A stretch of 36,236 nucleotides of DNA from a virus (Duplodnaviria; Caudoviricetes). Under the pieces are notes generated by a model that was given only the letters and a program-made list of their open reading frames with translations, ran no database searches and had not been told where the DNA came from. The DNA lies in the IMG/VR virus record IMGVR_UViG_3300028588_000057, positions 1 to 36,236 of that record; one strand, 5' to 3'. This document shows, piece by piece, positions 16,642-25,370 of this stretch (position 1 is the stretch's first letter; every line of letters starts with the position of its first letter). Both the position numbers and the translations under genes were made by a program.

Positions 16642-17614
16642 CTTTCTGGAAGAACCAGTCGAGGAACTGAATGTAGTTACTGACTGGCCGGAAGGTAAGA
16701 TTGATCCACGGTTAGCTCGCACTAGTTATTCCAGTGAGCTGACTTATCATGGTTGTCCTCGCAAGTATCAGCTACGTAAGCTGTCAGCTACTGCCCGAGT
16801 GGTAGAAGAGTGGCGAGGTGCAATGACTCTGGACTTTGGTAGCTTACTTGGTGAAGCTATTCAGGGTCTTATCTTTGGAGACAGCTACGAAAAAGTAGTT
16901 ATCCTAGCACTCAGTAAGTGGGATGCAGCATTGTTCCTAGAGAACGATAAGCAGAAGAAGTCTTTCTGGTATCTGCTCCACGCAATTGACATGTTCCAAG
17001 GTCACGTAGAGTCTGGCTTGCTTGAGGATTGGGAGCCAGTTTGGTTTACTAATCAGCACGGGGACTACGTACCTGCTACTGAGCTGGGTATTAAGATCAA
17101 GTTCCCAGATGGCCATGCGTATCGTGGTTACCTTGACTTGGTAATGAAGAACAAGTTAACTGGTCTGTACGCAGTGATGGATGTTAAGTCCGATTCAGGT
17201 GCTTTCATTCAACCTGGTAAGTACAAGAACTCAGGTCAGGGTATTGGTTATAGTGCAGTGCTGGATAAGATTGCACCTGGATTCACTGACTTTGTTGTCT
17301 ACTATCTGGTGTATCTGACTAAGCTGGAACGATGGGAGTTGCTAGAGTTTCCTAAGACTCGCCATCAACGTGCTCTCTGGTTACGGGATCGTATCTGGGA
17401 TCAGAATTCGCGCAGTGATCTGGTACGAACTGAAGGTAACTACGGAGTCTGGCCAATGCATGGTGAATCCTGCATGAGTTGGAACCGGGAGTGTGAATAC
17501 ATGGGAGTGTGCGATGGTAATACTAAGTTGCTCACTAAGCCATTAACTGTAGAAGATTTGGTAGAGGATGATAGTCCTTTCTCATTCATCTACGATGTTG
17601 AGGAGTTGCTATAA
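16622..17614 (+). CDS. Cas4/RecB-like PD-(D/E)XK exonuclease
   Basis: CPRKY, GYLDLV, VMDVKS, QxxGY and C-terminal C-x6-C-x5-C (Fe-S staple pattern). Confidence 0.85.
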   Translation: MAFSDYDFLEEPVEELNVVTDWPEGKIDPRLARTSYSSELTYHGCPRKYQLRKLSATARVVEEWRGAMTLDFGSLLGEAIQGLIFGDSYEKVVILALSKWDAALFLENDKQKKSFWYLLHAIDMFQGHVESGLLEDWEPVWFTNQHGDYVPATELGIKIKFPDGHAYRGYLDLVMKNKLTGLYAVMDVKSDSGAFIQPGKYKNSGQGIGYSAVLDKIAPGFTDFVVYYLVYLTKLERWELLEFPKTRHQRALWLRDRIWDQNSRSDLVRTEGNYGVWPMHGESCMSWNRECEYMGVCDGNTKLLTKPLTVEDLVEDDSPFSFIYDVEELL

Positions 17615-17916
17615 TGGACGAAACACTTAAGATGTTGGCAGCTAAGCTAGCTGATGCAGGCCGGACTGAACTGGCTCTGGGTTTGATAGTTGGTCATGCA
17701 ATGGCACAGAAAGATGCTGCTGACATGACTGCTGATAGCCAAGATGTTCGGATGGATTATCCAGACAGTAATGAGTTGGCGCGGATGGTTGCTGCCATCT
17801 CTGTTGTTAAGATCAAGCATGATACATTCCTGAATGATGACATCCTGCATCAAGTTGGTTTGACTCAAGCTGATTTGCAGGCTGCTGTTAAAACTCTGGG
17901 GACTGGAAATGGTTAA
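17614..17916 (+). CDS. hypothetical protein
   Basis: 100 aa, GAGGAG RBS, TAATG coupling. Confidence 0.65.
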   Translation: MDETLKMLAAKLADAGRTELALGLIVGHAMAQKDAADMTADSQDVRMDYPDSNELARMVAAISVVKIKHDTFLNDDILHQVGLTQADLQAAVKTLGTGNG

Positions 17917-18715
17917 GCTGGTAGATAAGGAAGAGGAACTCACCAGACGTATCATGGTGTTTGGCCCGCCTAAAGCTGGTAAGACCCAGTTGGTAGGTCA
18001 CCTTGCTGAACGATTCAATCTGCATTGGTTTGATCTGGAGTCAGGATCTAATACTCTGATGAAGATGCCTAAGGATCTCAAGTCCAAGGTTGAGTTGTTC
18101 ACAGTACCAGATACCAAAGATACTCCGACTGCCTTTGCTACTTGCCTCAAGGTAATGAAAGGTGGTTCACATAGCATCTGCCGCAAGCATGGTAAGGTAG
18201 CTTGTGTAGTCTGCAAGAAAGATGCTCCAACAGAATTCGATACTTTCAACCTTGGTTCACTTGGGACTGAGGATTGCTTGGTGTTCGATAGTATCACTCA
18301 GGTTGTCAACTCTGTCCGCGCCATCATTTGTGCCGGCAAGCCTGATGACTACAAGCTGCTTCAAGATGACTGGGGCCAGATGGGTAACCTAATGGATATG
18401 TTCCTCAGTTATATCCAAGCAGCTAGACATACCAACGTAGTCTGCATTAGCCATGAGATGATGGTACCAACTGTCGATAAGTCTGAGAAGATTGTACCTA
18501 CCGCTGGGACACGGAACTTCTCTCGTAACTCAGCTAAGTATTTTGATGACATTGTGTATGCTGCTGTTGAGAATGGTAAGCATACATTCAGTTCTAGTTC
18601 TACTTACCGGGCTAAGATTCTTACTGGTAGTAGATCTGGTGTTGCCTTGGAGAAATCTAAGGATGGGGCTAGATTGTTGGATCTGTGGGATAAGCAGTCC
18701 AGCGACGCAGCCTAG
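17909..18715 (+). CDS. Sak4-like/AAA_24 P-loop ATPase (probable single-strand annealing protein)
   Basis: GPPKAGKT, WFDLESG, VFDSITQ, DWG, ISHE; Zn-finger-like insertion CRKHGKVACVVC; lies between the nuclease and the SSB-like gene. Confidence 0.8.
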   Translation: MVKLVDKEEELTRRIMVFGPPKAGKTQLVGHLAERFNLHWFDLESGSNTLMKMPKDLKSKVELFTVPDTKDTPTAFATCLKVMKGGSHSICRKHGKVACVVCKKDAPTEFDTFNLGSLGTEDCLVFDSITQVVNSVRAIICAGKPDDYKLLQDDWGQMGNLMDMFLSYIQAARHTNVVCISHEMMVPTVDKSEKIVPTAGTRNFSRNSAKYFDDIVYAAVENGKHTFSSSSTYRAKILTGSRSGVALEKSKDGARLLDLWDKQSSDAA

Positions 18716-18779
18716 TACCTGGCAATTAAGCCAACCTGCACTAAACCTAAACTCTCTTAAATCTAATTAAGGAAATACC

Positions 18780-19277
18780 ATGTCCGATACTCTGTTTGAT
18801 CTGCTTGAAGGTACTGTTGCTGACCTGCATGACATGCCCGTATTCAAGCCTTGGCCTGCTGGTTCCTATCTGGTGGAGCTGGAAACAAGCATTGAAGAAA
18901 TGGATCGTAAGTTGGCAGATGGCACTGAGATTGTTGCCAAGGTTCCTAAGCTGGTCTACAAGTTCCTGGAAGTTATTGATCTGAAAGATCCTAATGCTGA
19001 AGCGCCACGCGAAGATGCTAAGATTGTCAGCAATATCTTCCTCAGTAACAAGGCTGGTGAACGTAGCGAGTTCGGTGAAGGTCAACTGAAGATGACTCTC
19101 GTGGCTGTGCAAGGTATGTACCCAGAAGCCAAGAACAACGGTGAGTTGATTGTCCAAGCTAACGGCACTCGTCTGGCAATTACGGTTGAAGTTAAGAAGC
19201 GTAAGGACAAGGACACCCAGGAAATTCGTGAAGAGAACCGTATCATCACGGTTGTCAACCCGGAAGAACTGGGTTAA
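18780..19277 (+). CDS. putative single-stranded DNA-binding protein (DUF669-like)
   Basis: PWPAGSYLVEL start, beta-rich, ENRI near the C-terminus; position after the Sak4-like gene. Confidence 0.55.
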   Translation: MSDTLFDLLEGTVADLHDMPVFKPWPAGSYLVELETSIEEMDRKLADGTEIVAKVPKLVYKFLEVIDLKDPNAEAPREDAKIVSNIFLSNKAGERSEFGEGQLKMTLVAVQGMYPEAKNNGELIVQANGTRLAITVEVKKRKDKDTQEIREENRIITVVNPEELG

Positions 19278-19301
19278 GCAGTCAGTAGTAAGTAAGTAAC
19301 T

Positions 19302-19336
19302 AGGGTGGGCGGGGTTAACTGCCCTTCCCATCCTTT
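19302..19336 (+). terminator. hairpin or weak terminator before the polymerase gene
   Basis: AGGGTGGG...CCCATCCT stem followed by a short T run. Confidence 0.45.
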
Positions 19337-19364
19337 AGTCGTTTCTAGCTCCAAGGATTTATTC

Positions 19365-21665
19365 ATGCGTATCATGTTAGTTATTTCCCCAGAGGAAAAA
19401 GAGCGTAGCCTGTTCAGGATGCAAGATCATCTGGCAGGTCACACAGTTAAAGTTTATTCTGGAGAAGTAGTTACAGCTGAGCATCTGGTAGGTATGGCTG
19501 CCCAAGCTAAACTGGATGCGATTATTACTACGCGGGAAGATGTACTGCTGGCTCTGTTGCCGCAAGATCGTAGTGCTAAGGCTAAGATTAGTAACTATGC
19601 TGGATCCTATTTCACTGGTTACCGAGTCCCCATTCTTATTATCCCTGTGCTGCATAGCTTGCTGACTAGTAAGTATGGTAACTGGCTGATGTCTCGGCTG
19701 ATATCTAAAGTTACTAAGCCAGAGAAATGGCGTAAGACTAGTGCATTCGAGTGGACTTGGATGAAAGAAGAGTCCCACTATGAGCAGTGTATTAGTCTGA
19801 TGCGTAGTGCTACTGCTTGTGCAGTTGACATTGAGACTGTGCGGGGCGAGCTTCCTACTATCACTTCAGTATCTTACAGTATTCTGCTAGCGGATATGTC
19901 TACCAGGACTTTTGTTATGGAGATGGATTCCATGCAGAAGGTCTACTGGATGCGACAGCTTAATGCTACCAGGACTGCTAAGATTATGCAGAACGGTAAA
20001 TATGACTCTGCTTACTTCTTTGCATGGGGCGCACCTCTAGTTAATTACATTGCTGATACTGTCAATGCAATGCACGCTTGGTATGCTGAACTCCCTAAGG
20101 ACTTGGCATTTATCTCTGCACTCTTTGTGCGGGAATCTATGTACTGGAAGGACTTAGCAGCATCCGGTGATAAGGTTGAGCAGCTCCAGTATAATGCATT
20201 GGATACTTGGGCTACCCTGGAAGCATTCATTGCTTGGAGCCAAGAGTCTCCTGACTGGGCTAAGTTCAACTACGTACATGAGTTTACCCAAGTGCCTATC
20301 TGCCATGCGATGGAGATGCGTGGACTCAAACGAGATATGGGCCGGATGGCAGTGCACGTAGAGAAGCTAGAAGTAGAAGCTATCGGCACACTTGCTAAGA
20401 TCCGGGCCCGCACCAACACACCTAATTTCAATCCTAATAGTCACCTTCAAGTTAAAACATTGATGCGCTGTATTGGTATCAATGATCCTAAATCATCTGA
20501 TGAATCCGCACTTACTTCTGCTATCTTGCTCCACCCCCTGAATGAAGCAGTACTAGAACCGATTCTAGATTACCGAGGTCAGCTTAAACTTCTCAGTACT
20601 TACATGCCTACTGACTCCAGTGCAATTCTTAAGGAGAAAAAGAAAGGTGGTAAAGTTGAGCTTAAAGCTAAAGAATTCCGTGGCCAAATGCTTTGGTCTA
20701 TTAATCCTCATGGCACTGATACTGGTCGTAAGGCAGCTAAAGAGCATCACTTCTGGTGTGGATTTAATGTCCAGAATATTCCAGCTAGAGCATGGGAAGT
20801 TAAGGATACTCTAATAGCTCCAGATGAGTATGACATTTGGGAATTCGACTTTAGCCAAGCTGAAGCACGAGGTGTAGGTTACTGCTCAGGAGATGAGAAT
20901 CTACTTGCTGCTGTTAATAGCCCCCGTGATTTCCACTCAGTCAATGCCAGCGCATTCTTTGGTATCCCGTATGAGGAAATCTTCAGAGATGAAATTCCAG
21001 AGTATTGGGATAATGAGAAGCAGGTACTAGTTCCTAAGCAAAAGAAGAAACAGCTTAATGTGGAGATTCGAGATCTGTCTAAGCGTACTAACCACGGCGC
21101 TAACTACAACATGGGTGAAGCAGTTATGGTTGAGACTATGGGCGTGGCTAACGTCCGGAAAGCTCAAGCATTGCTGAATTTGCCTAAGCATTACTCTCTT
21201 AGGGAAGTTACTCGCTTCCTTCTTAACCGATATGATGCTACCTATCCTAAGGTTAAGGGCTTGTACTATAACTGGATTAAGAACCAGGTACGTACTCGTA
21301 AGATGTTGACCGGACCTACCGGCTGGACTCGTTATTGCTTTGGGGATCCTAGCAGTAATAAGCCTGATCTGAATATGTATGTTGCTCATGTGACTCAGAA
21401 CCTTAATGCAATGGTGCTAGATGAGGCCGTGCTTAAGCTCTGGAATAAATATGGCAAAGGAGAAATGGTGCTGTTTCTGGCGCAGATTCATGATAGCTTC
21501 CTTTGCCTTATCAGGAAAGGTTCTAAGCAAGAAGAGATTGCTAAGGACATTGCAGCTATGATGACATTCGCAGTACCAGTCACAGATTGTACAGGGGTCA
21601 CACGGGATATGATTGTCCCAGTGGACGCAAAGAAAGCAGGTCACCGTTGGTCGGGACGGGACTAA
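19365..21665 (+). CDS. family A DNA polymerase with 3'-5' exonuclease and a degenerate N-terminal UDG-like domain
   Basis: Exo VDIET, QNGKYD, YNALD; pol TDTGR, NVQNIP, motif A DFSQAEAR, motif B KRTNHGANY, motif C QIHDS; start moved to ATG 19365 (AAGGA RBS). Confidence 0.93.
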   Translation: MRIMLVISPEEKERSLFRMQDHLAGHTVKVYSGEVVTAEHLVGMAAQAKLDAIITTREDVLLALLPQDRSAKAKISNYAGSYFTGYRVPILIIPVLHSLLTSKYGNWLMSRLISKVTKPEKWRKTSAFEWTWMKEESHYEQCISLMRSATACAVDIETVRGELPTITSVSYSILLADMSTRTFVMEMDSMQKVYWMRQLNATRTAKIMQNGKYDSAYFFAWGAPLVNYIADTVNAMHAWYAELPKDLAFISALFVRESMYWKDLAASGDKVEQLQYNALDTWATLEAFIAWSQESPDWAKFNYVHEFTQVPICHAMEMRGLKRDMGRMAVHVEKLEVEAIGTLAKIRARTNTPNFNPNSHLQVKTLMRCIGINDPKSSDESALTSAILLHPLNEAVLEPILDYRGQLKLLSTYMPTDSSAILKEKKKGGKVELKAKEFRGQMLWSINPHGTDTGRKAAKEHHFWCGFNVQNIPARAWEVKDTLIAPDEYDIWEFDFSQAEARGVGYCSGDENLLAAVNSPRDFHSVNASAFFGIPYEEIFRDEIPEYWDNEKQVLVPKQKKKQLNVEIRDLSKRTNHGANYNMGEAVMVETMGVANVRKAQALLNLPKHYSLREVTRFLLNRYDATYPKVKGLYYNWIKNQVRTRKMLTGPTGWTRYCFGDPSSNKPDLNMYVAHVTQNLNAMVLDEAVLKLWNKYGKGEMVLFLAQIHDSFLCLIRKGSKQEEIAKDIAAMMTFAVPVTDCTGVTRDMIVPVDAKKAGHRWSGRD

Positions 21666-21681
21666 ATAGATAGGGGTTAGT

Positions 21682-21936
21682 ATGGAATCAGTAAGAATTT
21701 GGAGTGTGAAAGAAGGTGACAATCTCACCCATGTAGTAGCCATGGACTATATCACAGGGGAATCTGCCAGGGTAACTGATGACCAGTTCATGAAGATAGT
21801 AACTACAGGCACTCGGTACTGGGTCAATGCGCCAGCAGAGGTCAAGCGGTTCTCCGACATAGTAAATCATGGCCGCCCACTGCAAGACTACGCAACCTTC
21901 CCAGCATATACCAATGACAGATCAAGAGAAGCCTGA
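21682..21936 (+). CDS. hypothetical protein
   Basis: 84 aa, between the polymerase and the DUF3987-like gene. Confidence 0.55.
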   Translation: MESVRIWSVKEGDNLTHVVAMDYITGESARVTDDQFMKIVTTGTRYWVNAPAEVKRFSDIVNHGRPLQDYATFPAYTNDRSREA

Positions 21937-23194
21937 TCTAATTAGTGAGTACTTGGCACTTGTTAGTGATACTGAGGCCCCAGTTCTTGCCCATAGATGG
22001 AGTTGCATCGCTGGCATTGGAGCACTGCTAGGACGATCTGTCTGGTTTGATGCTGGGATTGACGTGTACTATCCTAATATGTACGTAATGCTTGTAGGAA
22101 CTCCAGGCTCCAGGAAGTCTACTGCCATTAAGATGTTCCGGCGGATCTTGAGTAAGGCTGGATATAATAACTTTGCTGCTGAACGTACCAGTAAAGAAAA
22201 GTTCCTAATGGATATGGCTGCTGGTATTGGAGTCGAGGGGCAAACAGATGGTAGCGAGTTCCTGAGTGAGAATCTGTTCAGTGGACTCAATGGCATCGAG
22301 AACATGGACACCAGTGATGAGCGCAAAGTCTTTATTGTGGCTGATGAATTTAACAACTTCTTTGGCAATAACATTGTTGATTTCGTCTCACTCCTGGGAG
22401 ACTTCTGGGATTACAAGGGTACGTATACTACCCGACTCAAGAACTCAGAGTCTATTGTAATTCCTAATCCATGTATTAGCATTCTGACTGGCAATACGCC
22501 TGAGCAGATTCATGCAACCTTTCCACCAGCAGTGATTGGGCAGGGTTTCTTTAGCCGGCTCATGTTTATTTACACGCATGAAACTGGCAAGTCGATACCA
22601 TTTCCGACCAAGCTATCTGATGACTTGATAGATCCATTTGTTAAGAAGCTGCAATCTCTTAGCCAAGTCTGTCAGGGTGAGATTGGATTGAGTGATGAGG
22701 CCAGGGAGTTACTAAGTCGTATTTACCATCGTCGAGATAAAGAAGTCGTACCTGATCCTAGGTTTAGCTACTACTCAACTCGACGGTTTACTCAACTTCA
22801 GAAACTTAGCATGATCCATGCCATTGCAGATTACTCACCAGTAATTGAATTGAAGCATGTGCGCCGAGCTTACACAGTGATGCGCTATACTGAACACTCA
22901 ATGCCACGAGCACTTGGTAGCTTAGGCCGCGCCAAGAATAGTGAGGTCATGTATAAGTTGTTGGAGTTGCTTGAGAAGACTATGCGTCCAATGGAGCTGT
23001 TGGAACTTTGGCCATACTTCTTGAATGACCTAGGATCTGCCAGGGAACTGGGAGAGCTAGTGAATAACCTGGTACTTGGTGGTAAGGTAAACCAGGTAGA
23101 GAAAGGAATCATTATTAAACGTGCAGTCTGGGAAGAGTCTGCTAGCTCTGACTATGACTGGGATTATTTATCTAATGAAGAGAGAGGTTTGTAA
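21914..23194 (+). CDS. DUF3987 (YfjI-like) P-loop ATPase, putative replicative helicase
   Basis: YPNMYVMLVGTPGSRKSTA (Walker A), VADEF (Walker B), GFFSRLMF; start uncertain (21869 or 21914). Confidence 0.75.
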   Translation: MTDQEKPDLISEYLALVSDTEAPVLAHRWSCIAGIGALLGRSVWFDAGIDVYYPNMYVMLVGTPGSRKSTAIKMFRRILSKAGYNNFAAERTSKEKFLMDMAAGIGVEGQTDGSEFLSENLFSGLNGIENMDTSDERKVFIVADEFNNFFGNNIVDFVSLLGDFWDYKGTYTTRLKNSESIVIPNPCISILTGNTPEQIHATFPPAVIGQGFFSRLMFIYTHETGKSIPFPTKLSDDLIDPFVKKLQSLSQVCQGEIGLSDEARELLSRIYHRRDKEVVPDPRFSYYSTRRFTQLQKLSMIHAIADYSPVIELKHVRRAYTVMRYTEHSMPRALGSLGRAKNSEVMYKLLELLEKTMRPMELLELWPYFLNDLGSARELGELVNNLVLGGKVNQVEKGIIIKRAVWEESASSDYDWDYLSNEERGL

Positions 23195-23847
23195 TGAGTG
23201 ATGCAATTAAAGGTATGACTGCTATGACCCAGGAAGAACTGGATGAGCATATTGCTAAGATGCGTGAAGCTGACAAGCAGATTAATAAAGATGCAATTCC
23301 CCCAATGACTATTGGCGAAGCTATGGGGGAGACCCCTTCTCCTTTTGTAGACCCCAAAACTTACACTGCTCGCTACTATGGGATGGAGCAGATCCATGCT
23401 AAGCAGATTAATCGACTTGCTGATGAGGGCAATGCTCACGCTGTTACTCTCCGTAATTCTGGCGTACTTGTATCTGCTAACGGTCCTAGGACCAGTGGTG
23501 GTTACGTGGTTGCTACTGGAGAAACTGGGGAAGCTGACCGGATTTATTACCTGATCCAAAAGATTAATCAGTGGGGTCTTGATCGTAAGTTGATTCGAGA
23601 AGAAGGTTGTACCGCCTTGGCTCAGATGAAGAAGCTAAAAGAGGAAGTGCAAGAGATTGAAGATGCTATCTTGACTGGTGATGAGATCGAGATGGTAGAC
23701 GGTATCGGTGATAGCATGGTTGTGATTATCCAACTCTGCCGACTTACCGGAGTCACAGTAGAGGAAGCTCTGGAACGAGCATATGCCCAGATTAAGTATC
23801 GCAAGGGCTATATGCAAGATGGTGTCTTTATCAAGGAAACTAAGTAA
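23194..23847 (+). CDS. MazG-like NTP pyrophosphohydrolase with an N-terminal extension
   Basis: KLKEEVQEIEDAI...DGIGDSMVV...AYAQIKYRKG..DGVFIKE. Confidence 0.8.
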   Translation: MSDAIKGMTAMTQEELDEHIAKMREADKQINKDAIPPMTIGEAMGETPSPFVDPKTYTARYYGMEQIHAKQINRLADEGNAHAVTLRNSGVLVSANGPRTSGGYVVATGETGEADRIYYLIQKINQWGLDRKLIREEGCTALAQMKKLKEEVQEIEDAILTGDEIEMVDGIGDSMVVIIQLCRLTGVTVEEALERAYAQIKYRKGYMQDGVFIKETK

Positions 23848-23849
23848 TC

Positions 23850-24206
23850 ATGCCTACAGTCACTAAGAAAGCTACTGTCCTGCCTAAGGAAGTACGCACT
23901 CCTAGTGGCTGCATTCCTCTTACTGTGGATGCAGTCACCAAGTATATCAATGGCAAGCATGGAGAAATTACCAGACTTCAGAAGATGCAGACTGAGTTAG
24001 TAGCAGAGAATGAAGAACTTAAGAAAAAATTGGCTGAGCCGATTCCTGAAAGTTCGGAGTTGCCTAAGACAGTTAAGGCTTTGTTAAATCAAGCTAGAGC
24101 AGGAATGGATCATCTAGCAGAGATTTGTATACACACAGGTATGACTGAAGAACAGGCACGGGCTTATCAGTGCTACCTAGATACGATCATTGAGCTGAGA
24201 CCATAA
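23850..24206 (+). CDS. hypothetical coiled-coil protein
   Basis: 118 aa, AAGGA RBS. Confidence 0.65.
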   Translation: MPTVTKKATVLPKEVRTPSGCIPLTVDAVTKYINGKHGEITRLQKMQTELVAENEELKKKLAEPIPESSELPKTVKALLNQARAGMDHLAEICIHTGMTEEQARAYQCYLDTIIELRP

Positions 24207-25033
24207 TGGCAATAGCAACTAGACATCCAGATGGGACTCTCAAGACTGGTAAGGAGATAGAGATGGAAATGGAAGCAGCTAAAGCCCATAACGCAGCTCT
24301 CCCTCAACCTGAGCCAGCTCCGCTTCCTGCTCCTGATCCCAGCAACCCTAAAGACTTCTACGGCGTCCAGAAGTTACCAGTGCATCTGGTGCCTCCAGGG
24401 GCTGTAGCTTACATGGCCATGGGACTATTCGAGGGGATGCTTAAGTATGGCCGAGCCAACTGGAGAGCTACTAAGGTTCGTGCGTCAGTCTACTATGCGG
24501 CTGGTATGAGACACAGAGCTAAGTGGTTTGAAGGCCAGGACAAGGATCCGCTCACACACGTCCACCATCTCGCCTCTAGTCTGGCTTGTGATGCTATCAT
24601 TGTTGATGCTATGCTTAATGGCACTCTGATTGATGACCGCAATTACCGGGTTAGTGCTGGCTATGACAATCTAGATGCTGAGGTAGAAGAAGTAATGAAG
24701 CATCTGGCTCAGCTGCATAAGGATAAGGATCCAGTGCAATATAGCAGATTGACTCAGCCAGATCCGAAGCCGCATGGCGAAGCCACGGCGCAGGCTAAGA
24801 ATAAGACTTGGCATGTAGCTAACTGGGCCAAAGAAGCCTTAGTTGATTTCGGCAGTGGGATTACAACTAGATGGTTAGTAGCTGTTCCAGGTTCCTCTGA
24901 GTATTGTTTCTGCTACGATGCTAAGCCTGAAAGTTATACTCGGTTTAAAGTTAAATTAGGTGACCCTAAACTGACTGCGAGTCAACAAGAATATTATCCT
25001 GTAACCCACTGGGAGGACATGACTAATGGCTGA
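24206..25033 (+). CDS. DUF5664-like dATP/dGTP diphosphohydrolase domain protein with a C-terminal extension
   Basis: NPKD..G..KLP.HLVP, GMLKYGRANWR, RH..KWFEGQD.DP...HHLA. Confidence 0.8.
   Translation: MAIATRHPDGTLKTGKEIEMEMEAAKAHNAALPQPEPAPLPAPDPSNPKDFYGVQKLPVHLVPPGAVAYMAMGLFEGMLKYGRANWRATKVRASVYYAAGMRHRAKWFEGQDKDPLTHVHHLASSLACDAIIVDAMLNGTLIDDRNYRVSAGYDNLDAEVEEVMKHLAQLHKDKDPVQYSRLTQPDPKPHGEATAQAKNKTWHVANWAKEALVDFGSGITTRWLVAVPGSSEYCFCYDAKPESYTRFKVKLGDPKLTASQQEYYPVTHWEDMTNG
24762..24796 (+). repeat. PAS-like hairpin motif, copy 3
   Basis: ATCCGAAGC-CG-CA-TGGC-GAA-GCCA-CG-GCGCAGGCT. Confidence 0.75.
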
Positions 25034-25370
25034 TACCCGTACCCCGCTACAAAGATTGGCCGAGGAAGGAATTACTAAGCGCCCTGATATCAATGATGCC
25101 CATATCAATCGGGGTGTCATTGTTATGAATCCTCGGGAGATCATGGACTTGCAGATTGAGCTGAGCAAGCATCCTGATCTAGTAGCTAAGTATGCTGCTA
25201 AAGATACTGGTGACCTAGTGGATATACTGACTGAGCTGGCAGCTGAATGTAATATCTATATGAAAGGTATCTACAGCGGACAGCAGCTCTTGGACCTGGC
25301 AGTAATGATTACTAGCCGGTTACATAAACGTAGGACTAGCCTGATTGTTATTGGGCCTGGAGATATCTGA
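25026..25370 (+). CDS. hypothetical protein
   Basis: 114 aa, GGAGG RBS. Confidence 0.7.
   Translation: MADTRTPLQRLAEEGITKRPDINDAHINRGVIVMNPREIMDLQIELSKHPDLVAKYAAKDTGDLVDILTELAAECNIYMKGIYSGQQLLDLAVMITSRLHKRRTSLIVIGPGDI

Noticed and set aside
16622-17614. Cas4 as evidence of a CRISPR-Cas system
   Set aside because: A solo Cas4-like nuclease in a recombination module with Sak4-like and SSB-like genes; no other cas genes or array.
18492-18770. Programmed frameshift extending the Sak4-like ATPase into the overlapping plus-strand frame
   Set aside because: No slippery sequence or stimulatory structure is evident near the TAG at 18713; it cannot be supported without orthologs.
12721-23430. Other CTGATGA hammerhead-core words (e.g. 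12721, 13731, 23420)
   Set aside because: All are within coding sequence and none is followed by stem II, GAAA and stem III.
23194-25033. 2-aminoadenine (Z) genome pathway
   Set aside because: No purZ (adenylosuccinate synthetase-like) gene in the window; the hydrolases alone are insufficient evidence.
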